From: an uncultured Alphaproteobacteria bacterium
Lineage (GTDB): Bacteria > Pseudomonadota > Alphaproteobacteria > Rhodobacterales > Rhodobacteraceae
Reading direction: 5' to 3'
NCBI GenBank assembly: GCA_963757495.1
Contig: CAVWRZ010000013.1
Location: 9,281 to 73,280, forward strand
DNA: 64,000 bases
Each line of letters opens with the position of its first letter. Position 1 is the stretch's first letter. The notes beneath the pieces are model-generated. The model made no database searches. It was not told where the DNA came from and was given only the letters and a program-made list of their open reading frames with translations. The translations under genes were made by a program, and so were the position numbers. Positions 21,415-29,784 of the stretch are shown here, piece by piece.

Positions 21415-21468
21415 CTCGCTCGCCTGCGCGAAGGAGTGGCCGGGGCGAGCGCTGCCCCGGCGGCGCGA

Positions 21469-22413
21469 TCAATTGACCGGCACAGCCACGCCGATCTCTT
21501 CGTAGTAGCGCAGGGCACCGGGATGGACCTGCGTCGTCACGGCACCCATCATGTCGGGCGTCACGCCGTCCCACCACGCGGCCGATCCGCCAAGGGTCTC
21601 CTTGTTCTCCCAGAAGGCCTTGGTGAGGTCGTAGGCCGTATCGTCCGCCATCGCCGCGGTGGCGAACGCGACGACGGGCAACGAGGTCGTCACGACGTCC
21701 GTGTCCTGTCCCGCGTAGGTGCCGGCGGGGATGACGAGGCGGGTGCGCCCGGTCTCCTCGACCTGCGCGTCGGTCATCGACAGGATCGTCACGCCGGTCG
21801 AGGCGGCGGCCTCGATCACGTTCGGCGCGGGGTAGGAGCCGGCGGTCACGAACCCGTCGATCTGCCCGTTCTTGAGGGCGGCGACGGCATTCGACAGTTC
21901 CGCGTCCGCGACGTTCACGCTGTCGGCGACGCCGAAGAGGCCGAGGTACTTCTCGCCTTCGGTCGCGCCGAAGCTGCCGGAGCCGAGCAGGATCGTCTTG
22001 CCGGCCATGTCCTCGAAGGTCTCGATGCCACTGTCGGAACCGACGACGAAGTGCATCGTGAGCGACGGGATCGGAAAGAGCGCGCGGATGCCGTCGAACG
22101 CTTCGCTGCCCTTGTCCTCGAACGGACCGCTGGCGGATTGCGCGGCGGCGATCAGGGCCGGGGGGGTGGTGAAGACGTAGTCGGCCCCGCGCGCCCGCAC
22201 TTCCATGACGTTCTGAACGCTGCCCTGACTTTCCTCGACCGTGACGGCGGCAATGCCCTTGAGGGCTTCCGAAAGCTGGACGCCCATCTGGAAATAGGCG
22301 GTGCCGGCCTTGGCCGACTTGTAGGTGATCCGTTCCTGCGCGGCGGCGGGCAGCGCTATGGCGGCAAGTGCCGCGGCAGTGACTGCGGTTGCGATGGTGG
22401 CCCTGATGGTCAT
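21469..22413 (-). CDS. TAXI family TRAP solute-binding protein
   Basis: Signal peptide ending in AAA; ESQGSVQN, GSGSFG, ALKNGQIDG, HPGALRYYEE motifs; upstream of the fused permease. Confidence 0.9.
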   Translation of the reverse strand: MTIRATIATAVTAAALAAIALPAAAQERITYKSAKAGTAYFQMGVQLSEALKGIAAVTVEESQGSVQNVMEVRARGADYVFTTPPALIAAAQSASGPFEDKGSEAFDGIRALFPIPSLTMHFVVGSDSGIETFEDMAGKTILLGSGSFGATEGEKYLGLFGVADSVNVADAELSNAVAALKNGQIDGFVTAGSYPAPNVIEAAASTGVTILSMTDAQVEETGRTRLVIPAGTYAGQDTDVVTTSLPVVAFATAAMADDTAYDLTKAFWENKETLGGSAAWWDGVTPDMMGAVTTQVHPGALRYYEEIGVAVPVN

Positions 22414-22509
22414 GGCGTATTCTCCCTATTTGGGCCGACGGTGACAGCCAGGCCACCCATGTCAAGGTTTGGCCGCCGAGAAGATCGACACGCGGGAGTG
22501 AGCTGCGGG

Positions 22510-24240
22510 CCGTGGGATCACCGGAAGCGGCCATTCATGCGGATCGCGACATCGGTCGCTCTGGGCCCATTTCGTCGCAGAGGTCCCTGTTGCGATGGGG
22601 CAAGTCTCCTGGTTCGCTCGATTTCGGGGGGGGCGGGGAGGATTTCGCGGCGAGGGGCGGGCGGACGGCTCCGGCGACGCGGTTCCACGACTTCGATCCG
22701 GAGGCGCAGGTGCCGGGCGACCGTCCATTGCGTCGGGTCGGCCGGTTCCTCGACAGGGAGCGGATGCGCGCGCGGCCCGCACCGTTCCGGAAGCCACATC
22801 GGCCGCCCCTCGGTCGACCCCGGCGACCCCGGGCCGATCGTGCGGATGCTGCTGGCCGGATACCCGACGGGCATCCGCTCCGAGCGCCGGCGGTGCGACG
22901 AGGTGCATCCGAACCCGGCGCATCGGCGCATCGGACCGTCTCGGCCTCGACGGACGTGTCCCCGATCGCCCGACCGATCCGGAAATGCGGGCATGGGCCC
23001 CAGGTTCCGCGACGGCGATCTGCTGCGGCTGCTCTTCGGGGGCGTCGTGGACGCGCTGCATCGAGGAGGGTCTGGTCGGCGGTGCCGGGTTCGCCGTCGA
23101 TGCAAGTCTGATCCATTGCCCGGCAGGGCCCTGCGCCAGCGAGGTCCCGGGAGGGATGGCGGACGTGGACAGGCCTCGAGCTCGAGCGCCCGGGCGAGGT
23201 GGGATGCGGGTGCCATCGACCCCTATGAAGCACCGCGCGCGGCCCGCGGGTCTCTCGAGCCCCTCGACGGTGAGCGCATGAACGCCATCGGCACGACAGA
23301 ATGCGCGAACGCGTTCGGCGCGGCCGGCCCGGCCCAGGCCCAAGCCTAGGCCCAGGCCCAGGTCCAGGCCCGTGTCGCACCCGGGTCCCGCCAGCCGACA
23401 GACGGCCGCCCGGAAGGGTCCGGCGGTGTTCACCTGCCCGCACGACTGCCTCGTCGGCCCCGAAGACGCCGTCATCGTCGACCCCGACGACGCCGTCATC
23501 GTGGACGTGGAGGCGACCCGGTCCATCCGGCAGGCCGGGATCGTCCCCTTCGTTCCGGTTTTCCATTGCCCAACAGGACATCGCGTGCCGCGATGCCCCG
23601 AGAGGGGACAAGTCCAAGCGAACCGACGGCACCCGGTCGCGGTCGGACTTCGAGTGGGACGAGCAGAACGACCGCGACGTCTGCCCCGGAGGCCACGAGC
23701 TGCTTGGGTACCGGCGCAACCACTCCGATCCGACGACGGAAGGACCGTCGGCCGGGCGGCAGAAGTACCGGGCCCTCGCATCCGACTGCAGGGCGTGCCC
23801 GTCGAAGCTCCGCTGCTGCCCGAAGGCCGCCGCGAGGGACATCACCCGCGAGGAGCACGAGGACGTCCGGGGCGTCGCCCGGGAGTGCGTGGCCTCCGAG
23901 GTCTGCAGGAAGATCGCAGGCCCCGGGCGCAGACAGGTCGAGATGCTCTTGGGGCACCTCGCGCGCATCCTCGGGCTCGGCCGCCTGCGCTTGCGGGGGC
24001 CATGCGGTGCCGGGGACGAGTTCACCCTCGCCGCCACCGCCCGGAACCTCCGGACGCCCGCGAAGCTCAGGCCGCGGACGACCCCAGCGGCGGCCACGAG
24101 GTGATCCGAGAGGCCGGAAAGGGCGAAACGACCGACCTGGCCGGGCCCGGGCCCGAGGCCGAACCCGCGACGAGCCCCCAGATGGGCCAAACCACCGCCT
24201 CGAGCAGCCGACTTTCTTTACGAGATGGGCTTGAAGCAGA
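22510..24240 (+). mobile_element. IS1182 family transposase pseudogene (copy 2, near full length, degenerate)
   Basis: FHDFD.EA.VP.D, GRPSVDP...MLLAGY..GIRSERR.C.EVH, FRDGDLLR, DKSKRTDG..SRSDFEWDE, VEMLLGHL.RILGLGRLRLRGPCGAGDEF. Confidence 0.85.
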
Positions 24241-24266
24241 CCTTGGACCCGTTCCGACAGTCTACC

Positions 24267-25385
24267 CTAATCCACCACCACCGCCGGCATCCGCAGGGTG
24301 AACGTAGTGCGCGCGGTATTTGACGTAACGTCGATGCCGCCGTCGTGGCCGCGGGCGATTTCGCTGGCGATGAAAAGGCCGAGGCCGAGGCCGTTCTGGG
24401 AATGGCGGGCGTCGGAGCGGGTGAAGGGCTGGAAAAGCATGGGGCGGGCGTCGTCGGGGATGGGGTCGCCGGCGTTGACGACCGACAGGACGAAGGCACC
24501 GTCCTCGAGCGCGGCGGTGACGTGGATCGGCTGTCCCGGGTCGCCGTGGGTGACGGCGTTTGCGAGCAGGTTCGACAGCAGCTGGCCGATGCGGGCCGTG
24601 TCGCAGCGCAGGATGGCGTCGAGGGTGTAGTCCTCCTCGACCCTGACCGTCGGATGCCCGAGACGGATCTCCTCGACGACTTGCCGCAGGACGGGCAGGA
24701 GGTGCGTGTCGTCCGTCGGCTCCACCGCCAGCCCCTCGCCGAGACGGGCGCGGGCGAAGTCCATCACGTCCTCGATCAGGGCGGACATGCGGTCGAGCGA
24801 CTGGCGGGCGGTCTCGATGAAGGCCTGGGAGCGTTCGGACTGCGGCTCGCGGGAGATGAGGCGCAGGGCGGAGCCGACGGCGGCGACCGGGTTGCGCATG
24901 TCGTGGCCGAGCACGGCGATGAACTGCTCGCGGAGGCGGGCCTCCTCGGAGCTGGACCGCAGGGCCGCGTCGCTGGTGAGGAGCGCCGCATCGCTGGTGA
25001 GGAGCGCCGCGTCGCTCGTGCGCAGGGCGGCGGCCTGCTCCTGCTCGTCGGTCACGTCGCGTCCGCTGCAGAAGAAGAGCCCGCCGTCGGGGATCGCGTT
25101 CCAGGAGATCCACCGATAACTGCCATCGGCGTGACGGTACCGGTTGCGCATCTTGAAGACCGGCCTCCCGGCAAGCAGTTCGTCGAACGAACGGCGGGAG
25201 GCGTCCAGGTCCTCGGGGTGGACGAAGTCGAGGAAGACGCGACTTTCGATGTCCTCCGGCGTGCGCCCGAGGACATCGAACCAGGCCGGGTTCGTGTCGA
25301 ACAGCAGGCCGCGGTCGTCGGCGACGCCGAGGAGGTCTGGCGTCAGCTTCCAGGCAAGGCTCCCGGTATCGGCATTCGCTGGCAA
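24267..25385 (-). CDS. PAS domain sensor histidine kinase (cytoplasmic)
   Basis: PAS (NPAW, FVHPED, RYRHADGSYRWISW, GRDVT), H-box LGHDMRNP, N-box LSNLLANA, G-box GLGLGLFI; no TM segment. Confidence 0.92.
   Translation of the reverse strand: MPANADTGSLAWKLTPDLLGVADDRGLLFDTNPAWFDVLGRTPEDIESRVFLDFVHPEDLDASRRSFDELLAGRPVFKMRNRYRHADGSYRWISWNAIPDGGLFFCSGRDVTDEQEQAAALRTSDAALLTSDAALLTSDAALRSSSEEARLREQFIAVLGHDMRNPVAAVGSALRLISREPQSERSQAFIETARQSLDRMSALIEDVMDFARARLGEGLAVEPTDDTHLLPVLRQVVEEIRLGHPTVRVEEDYTLDAILRCDTARIGQLLSNLLANAVTHGDPGQPIHVTAALEDGAFVLSVVNAGDPIPDDARPMLFQPFTRSDARHSQNGLGLGLFIASEIARGHDGGIDVTSNTARTTFTLRMPAVVVD
24964..25026 (-). repeat. Three tandem 21-bp units encoding (L/R)TSDAAL heptads in the kinase linker
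   Basis: GCCGCGTCGCTGGTGAGGAGC / GCCGCATCGCTGGTGAGGAGC / GCCGCGTCGCTCGTGCGCAGG. Confidence 0.93.
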
Positions 25386-25575
25386 CGCGTTGTTCCCGTA
25401 CTCTTACTTCGCAAACTTTCAGCAACGATATCGATCATACCCGCGCGATCCTGTCCAGTCCGCCGATGGCGTGGGAGGTTGCTGCACGCCACGCCGCCTC
25501 TTGCGTGCGCGCACGAAGCCTGTTCCCCTGCGCGCCATCAGCCCCGACAGAGGGCGACACCATCAGGAGAGAGAC

Positions 25576-27150
25576 ATGCTACGCACGACCGCCATCCTCA
25601 CCATCCTCGCCATGGGGGCCACGGCCGCCGACGCCGAGACGCTGCGCTGGGCGCGCGCGGGCGACAGCCTGACGCTGGATCCGCATGCGCAGAACGAGGG
25701 GCCGACGCATACATTGGCGCATCAGATCTACGAGCCGCTGATCATCCGCGACATCACCGGCGCGTTCGAGCCGGCGCTGGCGACCGACTGGGCGGTGAAT
25801 CCGGACGATGCGAACATCTGGACGTTCAACCTGCGCCAGGGGGTCACGTTCGCCGACGGGTCGGACTTCACCGCCGAGGACGTGGTGTTCAGCTTCGAGC
25901 GCGCCAAGTCGGAGACGAGCGCGATGAAGGAGCTGCTGACCTCCATCGTGGAGATCCGCGCGGTCGATGACCATACGGTCGAGTTCGTCACCGACGGGCC
26001 GAACCCGATCCTGCCGGCGAACTTCACCAACCTGTTCATGATGGACAAGACCTGGGCCGAGGCCAACGACGTGGTCGCCGTGCAGGACATCGCCAATGGC
26101 CAGACGACGTTCGCGGCGACGAACGCCAACGGGACGGGCCCCTACGTGCTGGCGAGCCGGGAGCCGGACGTGCGCACGGTGCTGGAGGCGAACCCGGAGT
26201 ACTGGGGCATCGGGGAGTTCCCGCTGGGCTACGACGCGATCGAGTACACGCCGATCCAGAACGCGGCGACGCGGGTGGCGGCACTGCTGTCGGGCGAGGT
26301 GGACTTCATCCAGGACGTGCCGGTGCAGGATCTGGACCGGGTCGACGAGACCGACAACCTGGTGGTGAAGACCGCACCGCAGAACCGGACGATCTTTCTG
26401 GGCATGAACGTCGGGGCCGATGACATCGAGCGCGACAACGTGGACGGGGCGAACCCGTTCGCGGACGTGAAGGTGCGCCGGGCGATGAACATGGCGATCA
26501 ACCGGGACGCCATCAAGCAGGTGGTGATGCGCGACCAGTCGCTGCCCGCGGGCATGATCGCGCCGCCCTTCGTCAACGGCTGGACCGAGGCGCTGGACGC
26601 GCTGCCGGCACAGGACATCGACGCGGCGAAGGCGCTGATGGAGGAGGCCGGTTACGGCGACGGCTTCACGGTGCAGCTCGACTGCCCGAACGACCGCTAC
26701 GTCAACGACGAGGCCATCTGTCAGGCGGTGGCGGGGATGCTGGGTCAGATCGGCATCACCATCAACCTGAACGCGCAGTCCAAGGCGCTGCACTTCCCGC
26801 TGATCCAGAACGCGACGACGGACTTCTACCTGCTGGGCTGGGGCGTGCCGACCTACGACAGCGAGTATGTGTTCAACTTCCTGATGCACACGAAGGGCGG
26901 CGACCGCGGGTCGTGGAACCCGACGGGCTACTCCAACGCGGAGATGGACGCGAAGATCGAAGGGCTGGCGTCGGAGACCGATCTGGACGTCCGCAACGCG
27001 ACCATCGCGGAAATCTGGGACGAGATGCAGGAGCAGCAGCTCTACCTGCCGCTGCACCATCAGGTGCTGAACTGGGGCATGACGGAGGCCGTGGGCACCG
27101 AGGTGAGCCCGGAGGATGACCCGAAGTTCAAGCACTTCTCGGTCAACTGA
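25576..27150 (+). CDS. ABC transporter substrate-binding protein, family 5 (peptide/nickel), copy 1
   Basis: AGGAGA RBS; signal peptide; TLDPH, IYEPL, PALATDW, WTFNLRQGVTF.DG..FTAEDVVFSFERA, GTGPY, RVAALLSGEVD. Confidence 0.93.
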   Translation: MLRTTAILTILAMGATAADAETLRWARAGDSLTLDPHAQNEGPTHTLAHQIYEPLIIRDITGAFEPALATDWAVNPDDANIWTFNLRQGVTFADGSDFTAEDVVFSFERAKSETSAMKELLTSIVEIRAVDDHTVEFVTDGPNPILPANFTNLFMMDKTWAEANDVVAVQDIANGQTTFAATNANGTGPYVLASREPDVRTVLEANPEYWGIGEFPLGYDAIEYTPIQNAATRVAALLSGEVDFIQDVPVQDLDRVDETDNLVVKTAPQNRTIFLGMNVGADDIERDNVDGANPFADVKVRRAMNMAINRDAIKQVVMRDQSLPAGMIAPPFVNGWTEALDALPAQDIDAAKALMEEAGYGDGFTVQLDCPNDRYVNDEAICQAVAGMLGQIGITINLNAQSKALHFPLIQNATTDFYLLGWGVPTYDSEYVFNFLMHTKGGDRGSWNPTGYSNAEMDAKIEGLASETDLDVRNATIAEIWDEMQEQQLYLPLHHQVLNWGMTEAVGTEVSPEDDPKFKHFSVN

Positions 27151-27171
27151 GGCTGCGGAAGATGACGGCGC

Positions 27172-27195
27172 GGGGCACCTCCGGGTGCCCCTTCG
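27172..27195 (+). terminator. Hairpin after the first binding-protein gene (terminator or mRNA-stabilising stem)
   Basis: GGGGCACC-TCCG-GGTGCCCC perfect 8-bp stem; weak T-tract. Confidence 0.55.
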
Positions 27196-27208
27196 CACGT
27201 CCGGGGGC

Positions 27209-28168
27209 ATGATGACCCGTGGGCTCCGCATCCTGCTCGCCGGCGCGACCGGCACCATCGGACGGGCGGTGGCAGCGGAGCTGGTGGCGCGCGGCCACGA
27301 AGTCACCTGCCTCGTGCGGCGCGACCCGGGCGACCTGCCCGGGCGGGTCGTGGCGCGGGTGGAGGACCTGGAGGCCGCGCGGTTCGATGCCGTGGTGTCC
27401 TGCATCGCGTCGCGCACCGGCGTGCCGGACGATGCCTGGGCCGTGGATCACCGGGCGAACGTCGCGCTGCTGGCGCTGGCGAAGGCATCGGGTGCGGGGC
27501 GGTTCCTGCTGCTTTCGGCGATCTGCGTGCAGAGGCCGGAATTGACGTTCCAGCGGGCCAAGCTGGCGTTCGAGGCGGAGTTGCGGGCGAGCGGAACCGA
27601 TTGGACGATCGTGCGGCCGACGGCGTTCTTCAAGTCGCTGTCGGGGCAGGTGGCGCGGGTGGCGGCGGGCAAGCCATACCTCGTGTTCGGGGACGGGCGG
27701 GCGACGGCGTGCAAGCCGATTTCCGACCGGGATCTGGCGCGCTTCGTCGCCGGTGCGCTGGTCGATCCGGGGGCACGCGACCGCGTGCTGCCCATCGGCG
27801 GGCCGGGACGGGCGGTGACGCCCGCGGATCAGGCGGCGATGCTGTCGGATCTGCTGGGGCGGGAGGTGCCGCTCAAGCGGGTGCCGCCCTGGGTGATGGA
27901 CCGGATCGTCGGGGGGCTGTCACTGGGGGCGCGGGTCGTACCGGGGTTGGCGGCGAAGGCGGAGCTGGCGCGCATCGGGCGGTACTACGCGCGGGAGTCG
28001 ATGCTGCTGTGGGACCCCGTGGCGGGGGCCTACGACGCGGCGGCCACGCCGGCGTTCGGCACCGACTCCCTGCGCGATCACTACGCGGCGCTGCTCTCCG
28101 GGGAGATCGTGCACGAAGCTGGCGCGCAGGCGGTCTTCGGATCCGCGAAACCACCTCTGCAGGGTTGA
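27209..28168 (+). CDS. bciA: NAD(P)-binding atypical SDR, probable 8-vinyl (divinyl chlorophyllide) reductase
   Basis: GATGTIG; VVSCIASRTG, LSAICVQRP..FQRAKL.FE, RPTAFFKSLSGQ, FGDG..TACKPIS, PIGGPG, ARIGRYYA.ESML match BciA/DVR motifs as recalled. Confidence 0.75.
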   Translation: MMTRGLRILLAGATGTIGRAVAAELVARGHEVTCLVRRDPGDLPGRVVARVEDLEAARFDAVVSCIASRTGVPDDAWAVDHRANVALLALAKASGAGRFLLLSAICVQRPELTFQRAKLAFEAELRASGTDWTIVRPTAFFKSLSGQVARVAAGKPYLVFGDGRATACKPISDRDLARFVAGALVDPGARDRVLPIGGPGRAVTPADQAAMLSDLLGREVPLKRVPPWVMDRIVGGLSLGARVVPGLAAKAELARIGRYYARESMLLWDPVAGAYDAAATPAFGTDSLRDHYAALLSGEIVHEAGAQAVFGSAKPPLQG

Positions 28169-28221
28169 CCCCAGGTGCCTCGGCGTCATGCTCGCGTGGC
28201 ACACTACCCGGGGAGGGAAAC

Positions 28222-29781
28222 ATGCGCGCGATACTGATGGCGACCACCTTGATGGCGGCCCTGCCGGCGGGGGCCGCGGAACTGCGTTTCTCCACCACGT
28301 CCGATCCGACAACGCTGGATCCGAACGCGGGCAACTCGGCCCCGGTCTACAGCCTGCTGAGCAACGTCTACGAGGGGCTCGTGCGGCGCGGGCGCGACAT
28401 GGAGATCGAACCGGGGCTGGCGACCGCGTGGGAGCCGCTGGAAGACGGCGACGGCTGGCGCTTCACCCTGCGCGAGGGCGTGACGTTCCACGGCGGCGAG
28501 GCGTTCGATGCCTCCGACGTGGTCTTCAGCTACGAGCGCGCGTCATCGGACGAATCGGACACGGCGAGCTGGTTCGCCGGCGTCACCGAGGTCGTGGCGG
28601 TGGACGATTTCACCGTGGAGATCCGCACCGAGGGCCCGAACCCGATCTTCGTGGACGGGATCGCCAACTGGATGATGATGGATGCGGGCTGGGCGGAGGC
28701 GAACGACGCGCTGCGCCCCAGCATCGAGCAGGGCAACTACGCCACTCTGAACACCAACGGGACCGGGCCGTACCGGATCACGGAGCGCCAGCCGGGGCTC
28801 AAGACGGTGCTCGAGGCCTACGAGGGGTGGTGGGGCGAGGACAGGGGGAACGTGACGACGGCCACATACACGCCGGTGCAGAACGCGGCGACGGCGGTGG
28901 CAGCACTCCTGTCGGGCGAGCTGGACCTGATCGAGCCGGTGCCGCTGCAGGACGCGCGGCGGGTGGCCGACGCGGCGGGCGTGGACACGATCTCGGGGAT
29001 CGAGGCGCGGGTCATCATGCTGGGCTTTCCGAACGATGCCGACGCGCTCGTCGGCGGCGGGGCGGAGACGGTGGGCAACCCCTTCGCGGACGTTCGCGTG
29101 CGCCGGGCCGTCGCACAGGCGATCAACGTGCCGGCGATCCTGCAGACGGTGATGCGGGGCGCGGCGGAGCCCGCGACGCAGCTGATCGGACCGGGGATGC
29201 GCGGCTATTCGGAGGCGGCAGAGCTGACGCCCTACGATCCGGATGGTGCCCGCGCTCTGCTTGCGGAGGCGGGGTATCCGGACGGGTTCGCCTTCTCGTT
29301 CAAATGCCCGAACGACCGGTACCTGAACGACGAGGCGGTCTGCACGGCCGTGAACACGATGCTGGCGCAGGTCGGGCTGGAGCCGCGGTTCGAGGTGATG
29401 CCGGTCGCCAACTACTGGCCGGTGCTGCGGGCGGAAGACCACGACATGTTCCTGCTCGGCTGGTCGCCCGGCACCTTCGACGCGGAGCACCCGATCCGCT
29501 TCCTGCTGGCGACGCCGGACGAGGAGGCCAAGCTGGGGTCGTGGAACTTCGGTGGCTATTCCAACGCGCGGGTGGACGAGCTGCTGCCGATGATCCAGTC
29601 GGAGATCGACGAGGCGGCGCGGCAGGCGATGATCGACGAGGTGGTGGCGATCACCTCCGAGGAGGTGGCCTACGTTCCGCTCTACATCCAGCCGCTGCTC
29701 TGGGGCGTCAAGTCGGGGATGGAGGTCGTGCAGCGGCCCGACAACTTCATCATCCTGCGCTGGATCGAGATGCCGGAGTAA
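28222..29781 (+). CDS. ABC transporter substrate-binding protein, family 5, copy 2
   Basis: GGAGG RBS; signal peptide; TLDPN, VYEGLV, PGLATAW, FTLREGVTFH.G, NGTGPY, ALLSGELD; paralogous to 25576..27150. Confidence 0.93.
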   Translation: MRAILMATTLMAALPAGAAELRFSTTSDPTTLDPNAGNSAPVYSLLSNVYEGLVRRGRDMEIEPGLATAWEPLEDGDGWRFTLREGVTFHGGEAFDASDVVFSYERASSDESDTASWFAGVTEVVAVDDFTVEIRTEGPNPIFVDGIANWMMMDAGWAEANDALRPSIEQGNYATLNTNGTGPYRITERQPGLKTVLEAYEGWWGEDRGNVTTATYTPVQNAATAVAALLSGELDLIEPVPLQDARRVADAAGVDTISGIEARVIMLGFPNDADALVGGGAETVGNPFADVRVRRAVAQAINVPAILQTVMRGAAEPATQLIGPGMRGYSEAAELTPYDPDGARALLAEAGYPDGFAFSFKCPNDRYLNDEAVCTAVNTMLAQVGLEPRFEVMPVANYWPVLRAEDHDMFLLGWSPGTFDAEHPIRFLLATPDEEAKLGSWNFGGYSNARVDELLPMIQSEIDEAARQAMIDEVVAITSEEVAYVPLYIQPLLWGVKSGMEVVQRPDNFIILRWIEMPE

Positions 29782-29784
29782 CGG

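Noticed and set aside
7680-23606. A/B elements as classical intergenic REP/BIME sequences or a dispersed CRISPR repeat
   Set aside because: They interrupt coding frames of IS remnants, are irregularly spaced, and were not seen downstream of ordinary genes.
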